A model generated the notes under the pieces. That model had not been told where the DNA came from and did no database searches. It was given only the letters and a program-made list of their open reading frames with translations. From Podarcis muralis (taxonomy: Eukaryota), in the NCBI RefSeq assembly GCF_964188315.1, contig NC_135658.1:103974001-104038000 (forward strand): a stretch of DNA of 64,000 nt, given 5' to 3'. The translations under genes were made by a program, and so were the position numbers. Positions 63,063 through 64,000 of this stretch are shown piece by piece (within the stretch, counting starts at the first letter, position 1; every line of letters starts with the position of its first letter).

Positions 63063-63787
63063 TGAGAGAACGAAGGGAAGTGTGAAAGAGAGCTTGTTTA
63101 AATTTATAATTTGAGAATAATCAAATAGCAGGATAAAGATATGTTAATTGAGGTGCTCTTTGGAGCATATAGCTGTGAAAACTTTATTATGGAAATAAAT
63201 CAGTGAGAAAAAGTCAGAACGAAACTAGAGCTGTGTGTCTTCCCTGAGCCTGTTTGAAAAGATTTTTAAACAATGGATGGCAAACCCATGCTCAAAGAAG
63301 AACAGAATTTTTTCACATTGCTGTTGTTCCATGACTGGGCTGGGCATTGCCTAACATGCTAATAAAGTTCCAGTTTCTAAAAAAACACCCCCCAAACCCA
63401 AATAATATTATATCCTGTCACTGGATTCCTGCACTATCTGTGACACCCTCCTCTCCAGGCAAATGGAAATTCACATGCATGAAATAGTAATTTAGTTTAA
63501 TATTATGATGAGAGAATAGTATTGCTTTGTCTACTCCACTATGACTCACAAAACTCTTCTTCCATTTCACAGATGGAGAACAGTAAGTAATATTCCCAAT
63601 ATTTTAATGTTGGAATTGAGTCATCGCATGTACAACACTGACTTTTTTGCCAAAATGATGAATTGCTCAATCACAGCAGGTGCTAAATACAGAGAGACAA
63701 TTGTGCAAATTTCTAAAAAGGAGGGCTGCAATTTTATTAGCCTATTGAAATTTGTGTGAGAAAATACTAACAGACATGTTTGTGAAT

Positions 63788-63915
63788 GAATAATAATAAT
63801 AATAATAATAATTTATACCCCGCCCATCTGGCTGGGTTTCCCCAGCCATTCTGGGCGGCTCCAACAGAATATTAAAACACTATAAAACATCAAACATTAA
63901 AAACTTCCCTAAACA
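63788..63915 (-). mobile_element. Short L2 3' end with (AAT)n tail
   Basis: tataccccgcccatctggctgggtttccccagcc...ctgggcggct is the reverse complement of the L2 tail seen at 19560 and 30870. Confidence 0.8.
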
Positions 63916-64000
63916 CAGTTGTTTAGCTTTTGTAGTGGGAAATAAAAAGTAAAATAACATTTATAAAATAGAGTCATTTTGCAAGTTGCTATACTTCCTC

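Overview
Eukaryotic, vertebrate genomic DNA. The Sauria-SINE (Squam1) copies and the L2/CR1/BovB mix point to a squamate, most likely a lacertid lizard (inference from SINE sequence type, not a database hit). The window is a repeat-rich intergenic or deep-intronic region with one assembly gap (36770-36945). I cannot support any intact host protein-coding gene, tRNA/rRNA gene, CRISPR array or prokaryotic-type system. The recognisable ORFs in the track are transposon fragments and the rest look like noise. Recognisable content: 6 Sauria SINEs (all with visible TSDs), 7 CR1 fragments, several L2 fragments, 3 L1-clade fragments, an RTE with intact 5' end, a BovB fragment, 6 Tigger/pogo-like MITEs with TA TSDs, hAT- and Harbinger-like MITEs, 2-3 solo-LTR-like elements and microsatellites. 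Best second-look items: an L1-clade insertion with an apparent twin-priming 5' inversion (45202-46243), a hAT MITE with a 56-bp stem whose mismatches are almost all G-U compatible (42331-42468), an unexplained 85-bp 92%-identical duplicated element (13238 and 21146), and an internally deleted L1 with a perfect 18-bp TSD. Boundaries without a TSD are approximate. Nothing here amounts to a demonstrated new biological system.
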